A stretch of 64,000 nt of DNA from Paludibacteraceae bacterium (lineage in GTDB: Bacteria; Bacteroidota; Bacteroidia; Bacteroidales; Paludibacteraceae). Below the pieces are notes generated by a model. It saw nothing but the letters and a program-made list of their open reading frames with translations. It had not been told where the DNA came from and ran no database searches. The translations under genes were made by a program, and so were the position numbers. Shown one piece after another: positions 29,193 through 35,921 of this stretch. Numbering within the stretch: the first letter of the stretch is position 1; each line of letters starts with the position of its first letter. The stretch covers positions 2,436 through 66,435 of the forward strand of contig JAKSNJ010000007.1 in assembly GCA_024399965.1 (NCBI GenBank), in the 5' to 3' direction.

Positions 29193-29838
29193 AGTGGGAT
29201 AAACAATCTATAAAATGCATTCGATAACTGCCCAAACCGTAGTCGCCCTCTGCCTCTTTGCCGGCTCTGTTCATCAGCGTCATAGCGCGAACAGATGCCT
29301 CAAAAGCATCTCTCTCCTGTGCTGCGTATGCAGCAATCAGGGCGCCTGCTACGCACCCCATCGCCGTAACACGTGTCTGCAACACGGACCCGCCGTGCAG
29401 GCACTCCTGCCGTGCCCCGTCGGTAATCAAATCCGTCTCGCCGGTCGTAACGAATACGCACGCTTTCGATGGCGCAACCATCGTCTTTACCACAGCCATC
29501 TCGGCTACATTGCCTTTTATGACGCATGGCGCACAATGGGCAATAATGTCCCTCACGGCCTGTTCGCGATAGGCAGATACCTGAATACCCACCGGGTCCA
29601 GCACCACGGGTTTGCCCAGCGCCTGCATCTGTTCACCGGCACAGATGGCAGCACGAATCAGTTCATCGTTCAGAGTACCGATATTGATGAGTAACGCGTC
29701 TGCCACACGTGCAATATCGTGCATCTCATTCGGGGCAGCAGACATCAACGGACGTACGCCAACAGCCAGCAGGGCATTGGCGGTAAACTCCATTGCAACA
29801 GAATTGGTAATACAGTGTATAATAGGTTGATGTGTCAT
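29185..29838 (-). CDS. thiM: Hydroxyethylthiazole kinase (compact form)
   Basis: IHCITNSVAMEFTANALLAVG..P.M, LLINIGTL, VLDPVG, IKGN.AE, TGETD.ITDG, and C in ..AMGC... At 217 aa it is shorter than the enterobacterial ThiM I recall. Confidence 0.85.
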   Translation of the reverse strand: MTHQPIIHCITNSVAMEFTANALLAVGVRPLMSAAPNEMHDIARVADALLINIGTLNDELIRAAICAGEQMQALGKPVVLDPVGIQVSAYREQAVRDIIAHCAPCVIKGNVAEMAVVKTMVAPSKACVFVTTGETDLITDGARQECLHGGSVLQTRVTAMGCVAGALIAAYAAQERDAFEASVRAMTLMNRAGKEAEGDYGLGSYRMHFIDCLSHYA

Positions 29839-29841
29839 AAT

Positions 29842-29918
29842 TTCTTCCTTAACAGCATGACCTGTTCAGGTTCGAAGGGTGTAATCTCAGCCCGTTGAAA
29901 GGCACCCCTGAATCATTC
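29842..29918 (-). promoter_or_regulatory. TPP (THI-box) riboswitch in the thiM-thiE-thiD leader
   Basis: Minus strand reads caGGGGTGCctttcaacggGCTGAGAttaCACCCTTcGAACCTGAacaGGtcATGCTGttaAGGAAg. This matches the conserved GGGGUGC..CUGAGA..ACCCUU.GAACCUGA..GG.UAAUGC core. Confidence 0.88.
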
Positions 29919-30677
29919 TTATTTAATCGGCAGACGGTAGGCGAAGCTCACGAACCAACTCCACTCCCACATGTGCAGCCCCTTGTCTTTGCCGTGACGT
30001 CTCTGGTTATTCAGTCCAAAGTCATATCCGGCCTGCAGGCGGTAGCAATCCCACTCAAAACCGCCACCTATGCCCAGTTGCATATTAAACGGGACCAACT
30101 CCTCCTTGAAACGGTTGTAGCGCGACAGAGGCATACCCAACTCATCTTGATAGAAAGAGGTGGCTTTGGGGGGCAACTGATTGTCGATATTGTCTATCTC
30201 CGCCAAGCCAATCATAAACTGCGGACCGCCGAAGAAGAACATATTTAACTGCTTCCACAACTTGATATTGTAATACAGCCGAACGGGAACGGTCAACCAA
30301 TGTTCCGTCACGCGGTGAATAATCGAATCCGAAGCGGCATACGACTCTTCCTCGTCCACTATACCAAACTTTTGGGACGAGCGGCCATAAGCGAGGGTGT
30401 ACATCATGCCGGTCTGCAAACTCAGATGATACGGCAGCATAAAATCAAACGTCATACCCACGCGACCACCGTGCAGATACAGACGCGACGTTTCGTCTTG
30501 GCTGTGTTGCCAATGCTGCACATACCCGCCTTCCACACGATATTCCGTATGAAATTGATATGCTTCCTCTTTGTTGGCATCGGGGTCAAAAAAGGTTTGG
30601 TCGTTGGTCTGCAAGTCTTGCGCCATCACCATTCCGCCCATCGCGCACGCGAGTAATATAATAAGGTATCGCTTCAT
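29919..30677 (-). CDS. Small outer-membrane beta-barrel protein (porin-family/OmpW-like fold)
   Basis: Signal peptide MKRYLIILLACAMGGMVMAQD. Alternating beta-strand pattern with C-terminal ..SFAYRLPIK. Start set at the ATG at 30677. Confidence 0.65.
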   Translation of the reverse strand: MKRYLIILLACAMGGMVMAQDLQTNDQTFFDPDANKEEAYQFHTEYRVEGGYVQHWQHSQDETSRLYLHGGRVGMTFDFMLPYHLSLQTGMMYTLAYGRSSQKFGIVDEEESYAASDSIIHRVTEHWLTVPVRLYYNIKLWKQLNMFFFGGPQFMIGLAEIDNIDNQLPPKATSFYQDELGMPLSRYNRFKEELVPFNMQLGIGGGFEWDCYRLQAGYDFGLNNQRRHGKDKGLHMWEWSWFVSFAYRLPIK

Positions 30678-30697
30678 TTTTGCCGTCAAAATCATTG

Positions 30698-30729
30698 CAA
30701 AGGTACACTTTTTTTCTTAAATATGCAAA
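30698..30729 (-). promoter_or_regulatory. Promoter of the OM beta-barrel gene (TTTG-N20-TAccTTTG)
   Basis: Minus strand reads TTTGcatatttaagaaaaaaagtgTAccTTTGcaa. Confidence 0.7.
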
Positions 30730-30754
30730 AAAAACGCATTTTTTTCACAAAATA

Positions 30755-30786
30755 TTTGGTCAATTCAAAATTTTGTTGTAATTTTG
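30755..30786 (+). promoter_or_regulatory. Promoter of tRNA-Glu/rpsT (TTTG-N20-TAatTTTG)
   Basis: The sequence atTTTGgtcaattcaaaattttgttgTAatTTTGcac is divergent from the previous promoter. Confidence 0.7.
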
Positions 30787-30806
30787 CACGCTTTTTCCAC
30801 GAGCAC

Positions 30807-30878
30807 GGCGGGTTCGTATATCGGTTAGTACGTCAGATTTTCATTCTAAAAAGAGGAGTTCGACTCTCCTACCCGCTA
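30807..30878 (+). tRNA. tRNA-Glu (anticodon UUC), with one C-A mismatch in the anticodon stem
   Basis: GGCGGGT TC GTAT ATCGGTTA GTAC G TCAGA TTTTCAT TCTAA AAAG AGGAG TTCGACT CTCCT ACCCGCT A. U8, A14, G18G19, A21 and the T-loop TTCGA are all present. Position 1:72 is a G-T pair. Confidence 0.7.
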
Positions 30879-30939
30879 CAAAATACCGACCTTCCTCAAA
30901 AGGTAACACATTTGTTAAATGAACAAAAACTAAACTAAG

Positions 30940-31194
30940 ATGGCAAATCACAAATCATCTTTGAAAAGAATTCGCCAAACGGCTACCCGCAAGGCACACA
31001 ATCATTATTACGCTAAGACCGCTCGCAACGCCGTTCGCGACTTGCGTGCTACTTCTGAGAAAGCTGCTGCAGCTGCTATGCTGCCCAAAGTTGCTTCTAT
31101 GTTGGACAAATTGGCTAAGCGCCACATTATTCACAAGAACAAAGCTGCTAACCTCAAATCGTCTTTGGCTATTTACATCAATAAGTTGGCTTAA
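30940..31194 (+). CDS. rpsT: 30S ribosomal protein S20
   Basis: [16 protein letters not shown]...KS. Basic, 84-aa helical protein. Confidence 0.95.
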   Translation: MANHKSSLKRIRQTATRKAHNHYYAKTARNAVRDLRATSEKAAAAAMLPKVASMLDKLAKRHIIHKNKAANLKSSLAIYINKLA

Positions 31195-31212
31195 TACAAC
31201 CACTTATAGGAA

Positions 31213-31242
31213 ATAAGGGGCTGCCTAACGGTAGCCCCTTAT
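31213..31242 (+). terminator. Hairpin terminator after rpsT
   Basis: ataaggggct-gcctaacggt-agccccttat. The trailing T-tract is weak. Confidence 0.55.
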
Positions 31243-31250
31243 TAAATGAT

Positions 31251-31277
31251 ACTGTCAACTATCAACTATCAATTAAT
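31251..31277 (+). repeat. Heptamer micro-array, 4 units (actgtca actatca actatca attaata), abutting the start codon at 31278
   Basis: Direct reading. Confidence 0.85.
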
Positions 31278-32783
31278 ATGTCATTACCTTTTATGTCGGC
31301 TGAAGACGCCGCTAAGTTAGTCTTCAATGGTGCCATCTGTGGTATGGGTGGTTTTACCCCTGCCGGTGCACCGAAAGATGTCCCCACCGCTATTGCCAAG
31401 AAAGCAGAAGCATTGCACGCTGAGGGCAAAGAGTTCAAGATAGGTATGTACACAGGTGCCAGTACGGGCGACAGTTGCGACGGTGCTTTGGCACGCGCAC
31501 ACGCCATCCAATTCCGTACCCCCTATCAGGGCAACAAGGACCTGCGTACCGAACTCAATGCACAAGGTGCCCATTATTTCGATATGCACCTCAGCGAGTT
31601 GGCACAGGATATTCGCTATGGGTTCCTGCCCAAACCTGATTTCGCCATTATCGAGGCGTGCGACATTGTTGAGAAAGGCGACATGGTAGAAATCGTACCT
31701 ACCGCCGGTGTGGGTAATATGCTCACTTTCTGCGAATTGGCAGACAAGATTATCGTGGAGTGGAATGCTGCTATGCCGGCTACCATGCGCGGTATGCACG
31801 ACCTGTATGAGCCCGCCGATCCTCCCCAACGCCGTGAGATTCCTGTCTATAAACCCTCTGACCGCATTGGTGTAGATTGCATTACCGTACCGGCTTCGCG
31901 TCTGGCTGCCGTAGTGCGCACCAACCGTCCCAACGAAGTAGGCAAGTTCACTCCTCTGGACGAGACGACCCAACAAATCGGTAACAACGTTGCCAAGTTC
32001 CTTGAGGCAGAGATGCAAGCCGGACGTATTCCTGCCTCTTTCCTGCCTATCCAATCGGGCGTAGGTAACGTGGCCAATGCCGTATTAGGTGCCCTTGGCG
32101 AGAACAAGAACATTCCTGCCTTTGAGATGTACACCGAGGTTATTCAGGACAGCGTAGTAGGGCTGATGAAGGAAGGTCGCATTAAGTTTGCCAGCGGTTG
32201 CTCGCTCACCATCGGTGCCGATAAACTGCAGGACATCATCGACCACATGGACTTCTTCAAGGACAAGATTGTACTTCGTCCACAAGAGATTAGCAACAAC
32301 CCCGAGTTGGCACGCCGTATGGGCTTGATTACCATCAACACCGCCCTTGAGGCAGATATTTTTGGTAATATCAACTCCACCCACGTCTGCGGTACGAAGA
32401 TGATGAACGGTATAGGCGGTAGCGGTGACTTCACACGTAACGCATACATCTCTATTTATACCACACCTTCCACAGCCAAAGGCGGTTGCATCTCTGCCTT
32501 CGTGCCGATGGTTAGCCACCTTGACCACAGCGAACACTCCGTTAAGATTATCATCACGGAGCACGGTATAGCCGACCTTCGCGGTAAGAGTCCTATCCAA
32601 CGCGCACACGAGATTATCAACAACTGTGTGGACCCTGCATATCGTCCTTTACTCAACGAGTATTTGGAAATGGCGAAGACGGCACACACGCCTCATACGT
32701 TGTCTTGCGCCCTCGCTATGCACGAGGAGTTCCTCAAGTCGGGTGACATGCGCAACACCAAGTGGGAGAACTACAAACGCTAA
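31278..32783 (+). CDS. Acetyl-CoA hydrolase/transferase family protein (succinate CoA-transferase type)
   Basis: 501 aa. GMGGFTPAGAPK.., YTGASTG.., GIGGSGDF and the length are typical of the ASCT/Cat1/ScpC family. Confidence 0.8.
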   Translation: MSLPFMSAEDAAKLVFNGAICGMGGFTPAGAPKDVPTAIAKKAEALHAEGKEFKIGMYTGASTGDSCDGALARAHAIQFRTPYQGNKDLRTELNAQGAHYFDMHLSELAQDIRYGFLPKPDFAIIEACDIVEKGDMVEIVPTAGVGNMLTFCELADKIIVEWNAAMPATMRGMHDLYEPADPPQRREIPVYKPSDRIGVDCITVPASRLAAVVRTNRPNEVGKFTPLDETTQQIGNNVAKFLEAEMQAGRIPASFLPIQSGVGNVANAVLGALGENKNIPAFEMYTEVIQDSVVGLMKEGRIKFASGCSLTIGADKLQDIIDHMDFFKDKIVLRPQEISNNPELARRMGLITINTALEADIFGNINSTHVCGTKMMNGIGGSGDFTRNAYISIYTTPSTAKGGCISAFVPMVSHLDHSEHSVKIIITEHGIADLRGKSPIQRAHEIINNCVDPAYRPLLNEYLEMAKTAHTPHTLSCALAMHEEFLKSGDMRNTKWENYKR

Positions 32784-32812
32784 TCGTATTTACAAAGTAA
32801 ATAAACTATACG

Positions 32813-32845
32813 AATCGCGAAGCACAGAGATTGTGCTTCGCGATT
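32813..32845. terminator. Bidirectional terminator hairpin between convergent genes
   Basis: 14-bp stem aatcgcgaagcaca-gagat-tgtgcttcgcgatt. Confidence 0.7.
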
Positions 32846-32861
32846 TGTATGAAACCGTGCG

Positions 32862-33359
32862 CTATTTGGAACGTTGCAATAGTTCGCGGTCAATGAGATG
32901 CAGTCCACAACCACATTCACATGTGCCTATCTTACGCAGGTCGGTCAGAATGGCACGAAGTGAATCTTCTTCCTCAACCTGCTCGGTAACAAACCATTGT
33001 AAGAAAACTTGCGTAGCAAAATCTCCTTCTGTCATGGCTTTTTGCATGAGGTTCGAGATGTTCTTTGTAATCATTTCTTCGTGCTTGGCAGCATCTAGAA
33101 AGAGGTCTATGGGACTACCCCAGTCATTAGGTACATCTGCAATAGAACGGTAGAACACTTTTCCGCCCTGACGGCGTATATAGTCCGCCAAGCGTTCTGC
33201 GTGATCCTGTTCCTCACGTGCCTGCAACCGGAACCAATGGGCAATGCCTTCGTAACCGGCATCCAGTGCCCAGTTGGACATACTACAGTAAATATATGCA
33301 GACCATAATTCGGTATTTATTTGGGCGTTTAACGCCTCAGACAGTTTCTTTGATAACAT
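32862..33359 (-). CDS. ftnA: Non-heme ferritin
   Basis: LNAQINTELWSAYIY, E.QHA.. (AREEQDHAERL) ferroxidase ligands, 165 aa. Confidence 0.9.
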   Translation of the reverse strand: MLSKKLSEALNAQINTELWSAYIYCSMSNWALDAGYEGIAHWFRLQAREEQDHAERLADYIRRQGGKVFYRSIADVPNDWGSPIDLFLDAAKHEEMITKNISNLMQKAMTEGDFATQVFLQWFVTEQVEEEDSLRAILTDLRKIGTCECGCGLHLIDRELLQRSK

Positions 33360-33362
33360 AGT

Positions 33363-33404
33363 GGTTAAAGTTTAGATTATTAAGGTTAGAGTTAGGTTTA
33401 ATGG
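33363..33404 (-). repeat. Heptamer-periodic leader, about 6 degenerate units (ggttaaa gtttaga ttattaa ggttaga gttaggt ttaatgg), directly upstream of the ferritin ATG
   Basis: Direct reading. G-poor on the coding (minus) strand. Confidence 0.7.
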
Positions 33405-33460
33405 CAACAGAGATTGGTTTCGGTAGTTCATTGGACTATGTCCATCAATCTCTATTGCGT

Positions 33461-33628
33461 CTATTTCCTACAGCAATGTTTCTTACCGGTCTTTTCGTCG
33501 GAGACGGGCGTAAAAGCGTCTTTACCAGCGCCGCATACGGGACATTTCCAGTCCTTCGGCAAATCGTTGAAACGGATGGGCTCTACAGCTTCATCATAGA
33601 TGTACCCACAAATACATTGGTACTTCAT
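33461..33628 (-). CDS. Mini-rubredoxin-like protein (55 aa), not in the ORF track
   Basis: Manual translation gives [55 protein letters not shown]. The second knuckle WxCPxCGxxK is canonical. The first knuckle is CxC instead of CxxC and the central loop is shortened. It lies next to ferritin. Confidence 0.6.
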   Translation of the reverse strand: MKYQCICGYIYDEAVEPIRFNDLPKDWKCPVCGAGKDAFTPVSDEKTGKKHCCRK

Positions 33629-33737
33629 AGTTGTTGTTTTGTTAAGATTAATAATTAGGTTTTAGTTGTAGTGAGCACTATTTCTCACTCATAAAAGCCA
33701 TAGCAAAAGGTGTGCCAAACTCAGTTAGGGACAATTA

Positions 33738-33770
33738 AGGGACCGAAATGCTGATGCAAATCGGTTCCCT
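33738..33770 (-). terminator. Possible terminator hairpin downstream of the 33852..34514 gene
   Basis: agggaccga-(14 nt)-tcggttccct with one bulge. No strong T-tract. Confidence 0.35.
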
Positions 33771-33851
33771 AATCCTATACTCATCGTATACTTATTGCAG
33801 TTGGCGATTGACAATCCACAATGCACGATGAGAACTGACGATTTGTAAGAT

Positions 33852-34514
33852 TTATCTCATCACTCCGCCGAGGGCGTTATAAACATGTTCGGGTGTATCA
33901 ACAAAAACATGCCCATTGCGGAGTGCCTTGCGATTAGCACGAGGAGTAGAAGAAATCACTTCGTTAATATCAGTTGTCGATTCTCCGTTTCCGGGAACGG
34001 AATAAATATCAATACTTGTGATTTTCCACACCTCATTTGCTTGGCAAACATAGAATAAATAACCTTGAGTAGTTTGTATAAGTCCAAAGTCCTCGTACCT
34101 TGAAGAAAAAGTCTGTATAACTATACCATTTTCGTCATACAAGGCTAACCCACTATTCTCTTCTTCGTCACGGGGTATTGCTAAAAAATATAGTTTATCT
34201 TCCAATGCCCACACATACTTAAAGGCACATACTATTTGAGCAATATCAGTCGAAAAAATAACCACTTTATATTCATTTAATGTAGTGGCATCGTAAAAAG
34301 TAGCAGACCTTCTATCATCCGCAATTTTGACAAAATATTGTACTGGAAGTCCGTTATCAGCATACATAGGCGAAACGGAAGTTCCTGCTTGTCGAACATT
34401 ACCATCAATAGTTTTCAGCAGTTGGAGTTGAGCACTTGCTGAAACAGTAAGAATAATGGATGCAATTAAAATAAATGTTTTTTTCATAAGATTATTTTTT
34501 AGTTTTGCCTTCAC
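33852..34514 (-). CDS. Secreted hypothetical protein with a conserved C-terminal tail
   Basis: Signal peptide MKKTFILIASIILTVSASAQ, so the likely true start is 34487. AT-rich gene. The C-terminus ..RKALRNGHVFVDTPEHVYNALGGVMR resembles the tail of the 61583..62950 product. Confidence 0.6.
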   Translation of the reverse strand: MKAKLKNNLMKKTFILIASIILTVSASAQLQLLKTIDGNVRQAGTSVSPMYADNGLPVQYFVKIADDRRSATFYDATTLNEYKVVIFSTDIAQIVCAFKYVWALEDKLYFLAIPRDEEENSGLALYDENGIVIQTFSSRYEDFGLIQTTQGYLFYVCQANEVWKITSIDIYSVPGNGESTTDINEVISSTPRANRKALRNGHVFVDTPEHVYNALGGVMR

Positions 34515-34589
34515 TTTATTATTTGGCAGAAGGCATACTCCGTTTATTCAATATTCACATATATACAACAAAAAACGTGAGGCCTGTTT

Positions 34590-34740
34590 AGCTTCAATCT
34601 GGGATTTCGAGGATTCTGGACTACCTTCTTTTACCAAATATCTACAGAACAAGACTCACGCAAAGCGTGAGCAAAGGCCTTGTTCTTGGTAAAAGAATTT
34701 TTGAAAGTGTCCAGTTTTCGAAAATCCCAAGTTCTTAGCT
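34590..34740. repeat. Long imperfect palindrome (about 150 bp) centred on ctcacgc-aaa-gcgtgag
   Basis: Arms pair as gaacaag/cttgttc, cttttaccaa/ttggtaaaag, ctggac/gtccag and gggatttcga../..ttttcgaaaatccc, with bulges. Confidence 0.75.
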
Positions 34741-34810
34741 GCTTACTTTTTACAATGTCTTTGCAGGGTCATCCCCTGCGGGAGGGGTTAATTTTCTTTT
34801 TTCCTTTATA

Positions 34811-35680
34811 TTATCTTATTTGCTTCAGTATTTCTTCGGGATTTATTCCCATTTGACTAATGGCACTCAGATGGTTGCCCATTGCATTTAACGAATGACC
34901 ACAATGATACAATGTGTCATCAATAATCAGCCAACGGTCGTGGCTCTTATTCTTCCACTGATGTACCTCAATATGCTCTTTGCCTTTTTCTGCGTCGTGG
35001 GTTGCCATTAAACGCTGCATACCGGAACCTACACTATTTGTATAAATGTCAGCAGACACACCTTTTGCCCGAACATCTAAAATATCAAATGTCTGCGCGT
35101 CCACATAACCATCTATCACAATCACTCTTTGTTTGGCTTGCTTTACCAACGATTCCAATGCTACACGCGCTTCAAAGAAATTGCCTTCAAAGAAGACTTG
35201 CTCGGCAGGAGGCAAAGCCGTCCTAACAAAGAAATCCAGTTTTTCTTCATGCTTTTGCAAGATGGATTGATGTTCTGCCAATTCGCTTTCAATATGCAGC
35301 AGCCGTTGATTAAGCGCATAACCGCGAAGCATATAGTCTTTAAGAACTTTATTCGCCCACTGGCGGAACTGAATACCGCGTATAGTGTTTACCCTAAATC
35401 CAATAGATATAATGGCATCCAAATTATAATAGGCAATCGTACGCATCACTTGTCGTTTTCCTTCTTGTTGAACTGTTCGGAAATTCCGAACTGTTGCTCC
35501 CTCTTCTAACTCATGCTGAGCATAGATATTTTTTATATGCTCACTGATATTGGCTTTACTTGAAGCAAATAATTCCACAATTTGACTTTGACTGAGCCAC
35601 ACCGTTTCATCTGCCACACGAACTTCCAACTTCGTTAATTCATTGGGTTGATACAATACTATTTCATTTTGTTCATTCAT
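34811..35680 (-). CDS. RhuM-family (virulence-protein-like) N-terminal domain fused to an uncharacterized C-terminal domain
   Basis: The N-terminus IVLYQP...LEVRV.DETVWLSQSQI.ELF......ISEHIKNI......E.ATVR.F..VQQEG.RQV.R...YYNLD.IISIGFRV....G.QFRQWA matches my recollection of RhuM. The C-terminus contains ..KSHDRWLIIDDTLYHCGHSLN.. Confidence 0.7.
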   Translation of the reverse strand: MNEQNEIVLYQPNELTKLEVRVADETVWLSQSQIVELFASSKANISEHIKNIYAQHELEEGATVRNFRTVQQEGKRQVMRTIAYYNLDAIISIGFRVNTIRGIQFRQWANKVLKDYMLRGYALNQRLLHIESELAEHQSILQKHEEKLDFFVRTALPPAEQVFFEGNFFEARVALESLVKQAKQRVIVIDGYVDAQTFDILDVRAKGVSADIYTNSVGSGMQRLMATHDAEKGKEHIEVHQWKNKSHDRWLIIDDTLYHCGHSLNAMGNHLSAISQMGINPEEILKQIR

Positions 35681-35724
35681 ATTGTTCCGTTAGAAGTAAC
35701 AACTGAGCATACATTTCTACGTTG

Positions 35725-35756
35725 CAAAGGTACAAAGAATTTTTGGAATAAACAAG
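35725..35756 (-). promoter_or_regulatory. Promoter of the RhuM-like gene (-7 TAccTTTG, -33 CTTG, 20-nt spacer)
   Basis: Minus strand reads cttgtttattccaaaaattctttgTAccTTTGcaac. The spacer is nearly identical to those of the topA and 61179..61210 promoters. Confidence 0.55.
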
Positions 35757-35794
35757 AAAATGTTATCTTTTTCAGAAAAAACGTATACATTTCA

Positions 35795-35873
35795 TCATTT
35801 AGCGACAAAGTGGCAGTTAAACACATCATTTTACAAAAGGATTTGCATATTCCAAAAATTCTTTGTATCTTTG
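35795..35873 (+). promoter_or_regulatory. topA promoter (TTTG 35842..35845, TAtcTTTG 35866..35873) with a conserved upstream module of about 50 bp
   Basis: The module catttagcgacaaagtggcagttaaacacatcattttacaaaagga precedes the -33 box. Near-identical modules are at 43717..43767 and, on the minus strand, 53078..53125. Confidence 0.7.
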
Positions 35874-35921
35874 CAGCCCGAAACGAGAAAACAGAGATAA
35901 GATAACAGATAATAAGGAGTA

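Noticed and set aside
30723-30938. 71-aa + ORF upstream of rpsT
   Set aside because: It spans a promoter and a well-folding tRNA-Glu cloverleaf, so it is not coding.
33401-33658. 85-aa + ORF between the ferritin gene and the AT-rich patch
   Set aside because: The opposite strand encodes a rubredoxin-like peptide with canonical WxCPxCG and GYIYD landmarks. The + ORF has no features and starts inside a heptamer-periodic leader.
34811-35250. An HKD (phospholipase-D-type) nuclease motif in the C-terminal domain of the RhuM-like protein
   Set aside because: The sequence is H-D-R-W..D, not HxK(x)4D, so I did not call a PLD nuclease.
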